From the human T2T-CHM13v2.0 reference genome, Homo sapiens, in assembly GCF_009914755.1 (NCBI RefSeq), contig NC_060925.1: a DNA stretch of 64,000 bases; one strand, written 5' to 3'. The position numbers were made by a program, and so were the translations under genes. Shown here piece after piece: positions 61,102-64,000 of this stretch. Position 1 is the stretch's first letter, and every line of letters begins with the position of its first letter. The notes beneath the pieces were generated by a model. That model was not told where the DNA came from. It did not search any database and was given only the letters and a program-made list of their open reading frames with translations.

Positions 61102-63239
61102 AGGAGATTCTACTTTTAAAGCCACTGACGGCGTCCAACTCATAGTGAGCACCCACGCCCATCTGCCAGGGTTCCTGCCCCTGGGCAGCAGCTGGGGTCC
61201 TTGCTGAGCAGAGGCAGGAGGGGCCACCAGCACTTGCCTCTGCTCTTCTGGAGAGGAAGAGACCCCCCTGCTCCCTGCCCCCTGCCAGGGAGCCCACTCC
61301 AGGATCTCCGGGGACTGTGTTCCTCCCACCTTCTTTGCCACAGGACAGCTCCCATCTGTGTGTCTGTCTCTCTGGGTCTGTGCCCTTGGCCTCTGATGGT
61401 CCCCTCCCTGCCTCTCGAATCTGGCCTCGATTTGTGGTAGGGGCCTCAGGGTTCCTGAGGGCCTTGGGGTTCCCTTGCTCTGAGTGTGGGGGTGGATCCT
61501 GGGCTGCAGCCCAGGATGGTGCCGACACCTGGGTTGGGGGCAGGTTGCGTTTTTCAGAGACGGCCGTGATAGTATCTCCCATCCCCATATCTTGAAATGC
61601 CTTCTACATGAGACTCTGTGACAGTCTCAGCTGGGAAGAATGGGGTGTTTGGCAGGACATGACTTCTGAGGCTGACTTGGAAGACGCCATGCGTACCTCG
61701 CTGTCCTGGGACAGTCGCTCTTGGAACCCAGCTGCCGTGCTGGGAGGGAGCACGCCCTGGCCTCAAGGAGAGGCCCCGTGGAGGAATCAGCATTGGATTC
61801 CAGACTCCTGAGCAGCTTCCGGCGCAGGTCCCAGCGCGCCCCGTTCCAAGGCTGCCCGCACACAGTAGGGTGGTTGCTGAGCGTGCTGTTTTGGGGTGGT
61901 TTGTGGTGCGGCACTCAAGACTGGAATAGTGGAGGTGGGCTGGGGCCCTGACCCAGGGAGAGTGACCCTTCCCTCCTCACCCCTGCTCCCTCCTCGCTGA
62001 TCCCTTCCTCTCTTCCACAGAGGCAGAGGCTCAGCGACTTCCCCACCCCTCCCCCCCATCTAACGGGTGCTTCTTGGGAGCCACTGAAATCCAGCCGACC
62101 TCCTGGCCCTGAGTGGGTCAAGCTCCAAATGGCGGGTGGCCCCGGGGCATCTGCACAGCCCCCTGTTAGCTAAGGGGGGTGACTGATGAGGACATTCACA
62201 CGCCAGTGGGGAGACTGTGGGGAAAACCGGGGTGTCTTCTAGGCTGGACCTGGGGGGGCCTCAGCCTTGTTGGGGGGTCTCCTCACATTGGGCCACTGTG
62301 GCCGCACTCCATGACCACAGCCAGTGTCCCCAAAAGGCCTGTGAGGTGCTGGCTGTGACCTCCCCTCCCAACCTCTGACCCAGAGGTGGCGGCTGCCATC
62401 TCGCCACGGCCCTCAACACCCCCCTCACACACTGACTCCTGACATCAGAGACCTGTAGCCACCCCCTGCAGGTGGTCCTCAGCATGGTCCCCAACTCCTG
62501 CCCAGGGCAGCGGGCTGTGCACTCAGGCAGCTGGGGCCAAAGCCACCGAGGAACCAAGGCTGGGGTGGGGGTGGGTTTCTCTCCCGGAGAGCCGAGGTGG
62601 GCGCAGAGCTGTTCCTGGGTGTTTGCTGGGATTGTAGTGACAGAAGGCCAGGGCTGCAGGAATCCAGGCTGCCAGAGAGAGACCAGGACTCAGGCAGAAG
62701 CAGCAGCACCAGGCTGGTGCCACTGCCACCCCACCTGCATGCCTTCTCAGCAGCGGTGGGAGCTGTGTCTCCAAGCAGGATGGTACTGGAGTCTCCCCAC
62801 CCTGCCTGTCTGGGATGCCCTCCCAGCCTGTTCCTGCTCCCGGCAGGCGCTGCTTTTCTCTCTGCTGTACCAGGATGAGGTGGGTGCCCTTGTCCCTCCT
62901 CACTGGCACTCCCAGACTGCTTTCCTTTTCCACCAAAACCACCCCCGCTTTGTGACCAGACCTCACTGTGTTGAAGTCATCGGCACCCCTTTCCTGCAGG
63001 AGGGGACACCTGCTCCCTGTCACTCTCCCGGCCATGCCTTCAAAATCCACACCAGCAATTCTCCAACTTTGACTTCCTCTCTTTCAGGGGTCCTGTCCCC
63101 TCCCCACTTACCCCACTGGGTCCTTTCTCCCAACTGCACCCCTCCACGGTCCAGCCTCTCCACTCTCTCTGCCCCCCTCCCAGCTCCCGCCTCTGCTGTC
63201 CGCCAGCCCTGAGATCTCGGGCAGATGCACAGCCTGCAT

Positions 63240-63760
63240 CTGCGGCTTCCTCCTCCCCTGTCTGTTCTCTCCTTATCAAGAGAAGCCTATCTGGCCGGCC
63301 ATTGTGTCTGCCCCTCACCCTCCCTCCTTCCTGTTCATGTGGGCAGACCACAGCCCGTGTGGAATCCCTACCTTCTTGGTGGCTTAAGCACCACCTGCCT
63401 ATTCTTTCCGTAGTGGGGATCAGGGCAGTGCCAGTGGCTTCCTGGGGCCTCTCACAGCCTGCGGCCCTGGGCCAAGGTCAGCTGGGTGGGAAGGGCCCAA
63501 GGGTAGCCATGCTGGACACCTGGGGCTGCTGTCCCTCAGCTGCCGGGCTCTCTGCCAGAGCCGTGCAGCCTGGAGTCCTACCCACTCTCAGTCAGCTTCC
63601 TCCTAACACATGGCCAGCGTTCCAGGAGGGCGAAGTGGAAGCCTAGGGACTCTTGAGGCCAGGATCCAGAACGCACATAGTAAAATCTCCACCACACTCC
63701 ATCGGCCAAAGCAAGTCACAGCAGCCAGATTCCAGAGGAGTCGAAGCACACACTGACCCC
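63240..63760. mobile_element. Diverged MLT1-type MaLR LTR fragment
   Basis: TGGCTTAAGCACCAC..., GGCCAAAGCAAGTCACAGCAGCCAGATTCCAGAGG. Confidence 0.5.
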
Positions 63761-64000
63761 TCCTCCCCTCCACCGCCTGCCTCTGCCCTCCCCTCGCAGG
63801 GGCAGGGCTGCCTGATGAGCCCCCTGGGTTTATCTGCCCTGCTGGCCCTGGGAAGGCTGGGATGAAAGTGTCATTTAGTGGCAGGGACTTTAGGGAGCCT
63901 GGTATGGTCAAGCCCTAGCCCCCGCAGCAGTTCCCCCCGCAGCAGTGCCCCCAGGACAGCTGGGCCTGGGTCTCCAGTGGGTCGGAGTTTTCTGAAGCCG

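Overview
Human chromosome 1p36.33 (subtelomeric, very GC-rich). The window holds the 3' end of SAMD11 (+), complete NOC2L (-, 19 exons, 749 aa), KLHL17 (+, 12 exons, 642 aa), PLEKHN1 (+, 16 exons, 611/623 aa), PERM1 (-, 790 aa), a ~14 kb Alu/L1/LTR-dense intergenic block, HES4 (-, 221/247 aa) and a CpG island containing a probable distal non-coding first exon of ISG15. I rebuilt the exon chains from splice signals and the summed lengths give intact reading frames. Several VNTRs appear to differ in length from what I recall of GRCh38, so this is probably another haplotype or assembly (needs an alignment). I see no convincing new gene system, and the long six-frame ORFs are GC or repeat artefacts. 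The most interesting points concern splicing and regulation: tandem repeats that duplicate 5' splice sites (KLHL17 intron 11, NOC2L intron 4), an in-frame cryptic donor inside the HES4 basic region, a uORF/internal-intron N-terminal switch in PERM1, a higher-order-structured G-rich minisatellite in PERM1, a PP1 RVxF-type motif in PERM1, and two pairs of convergent genes with overlapping 3' ends.
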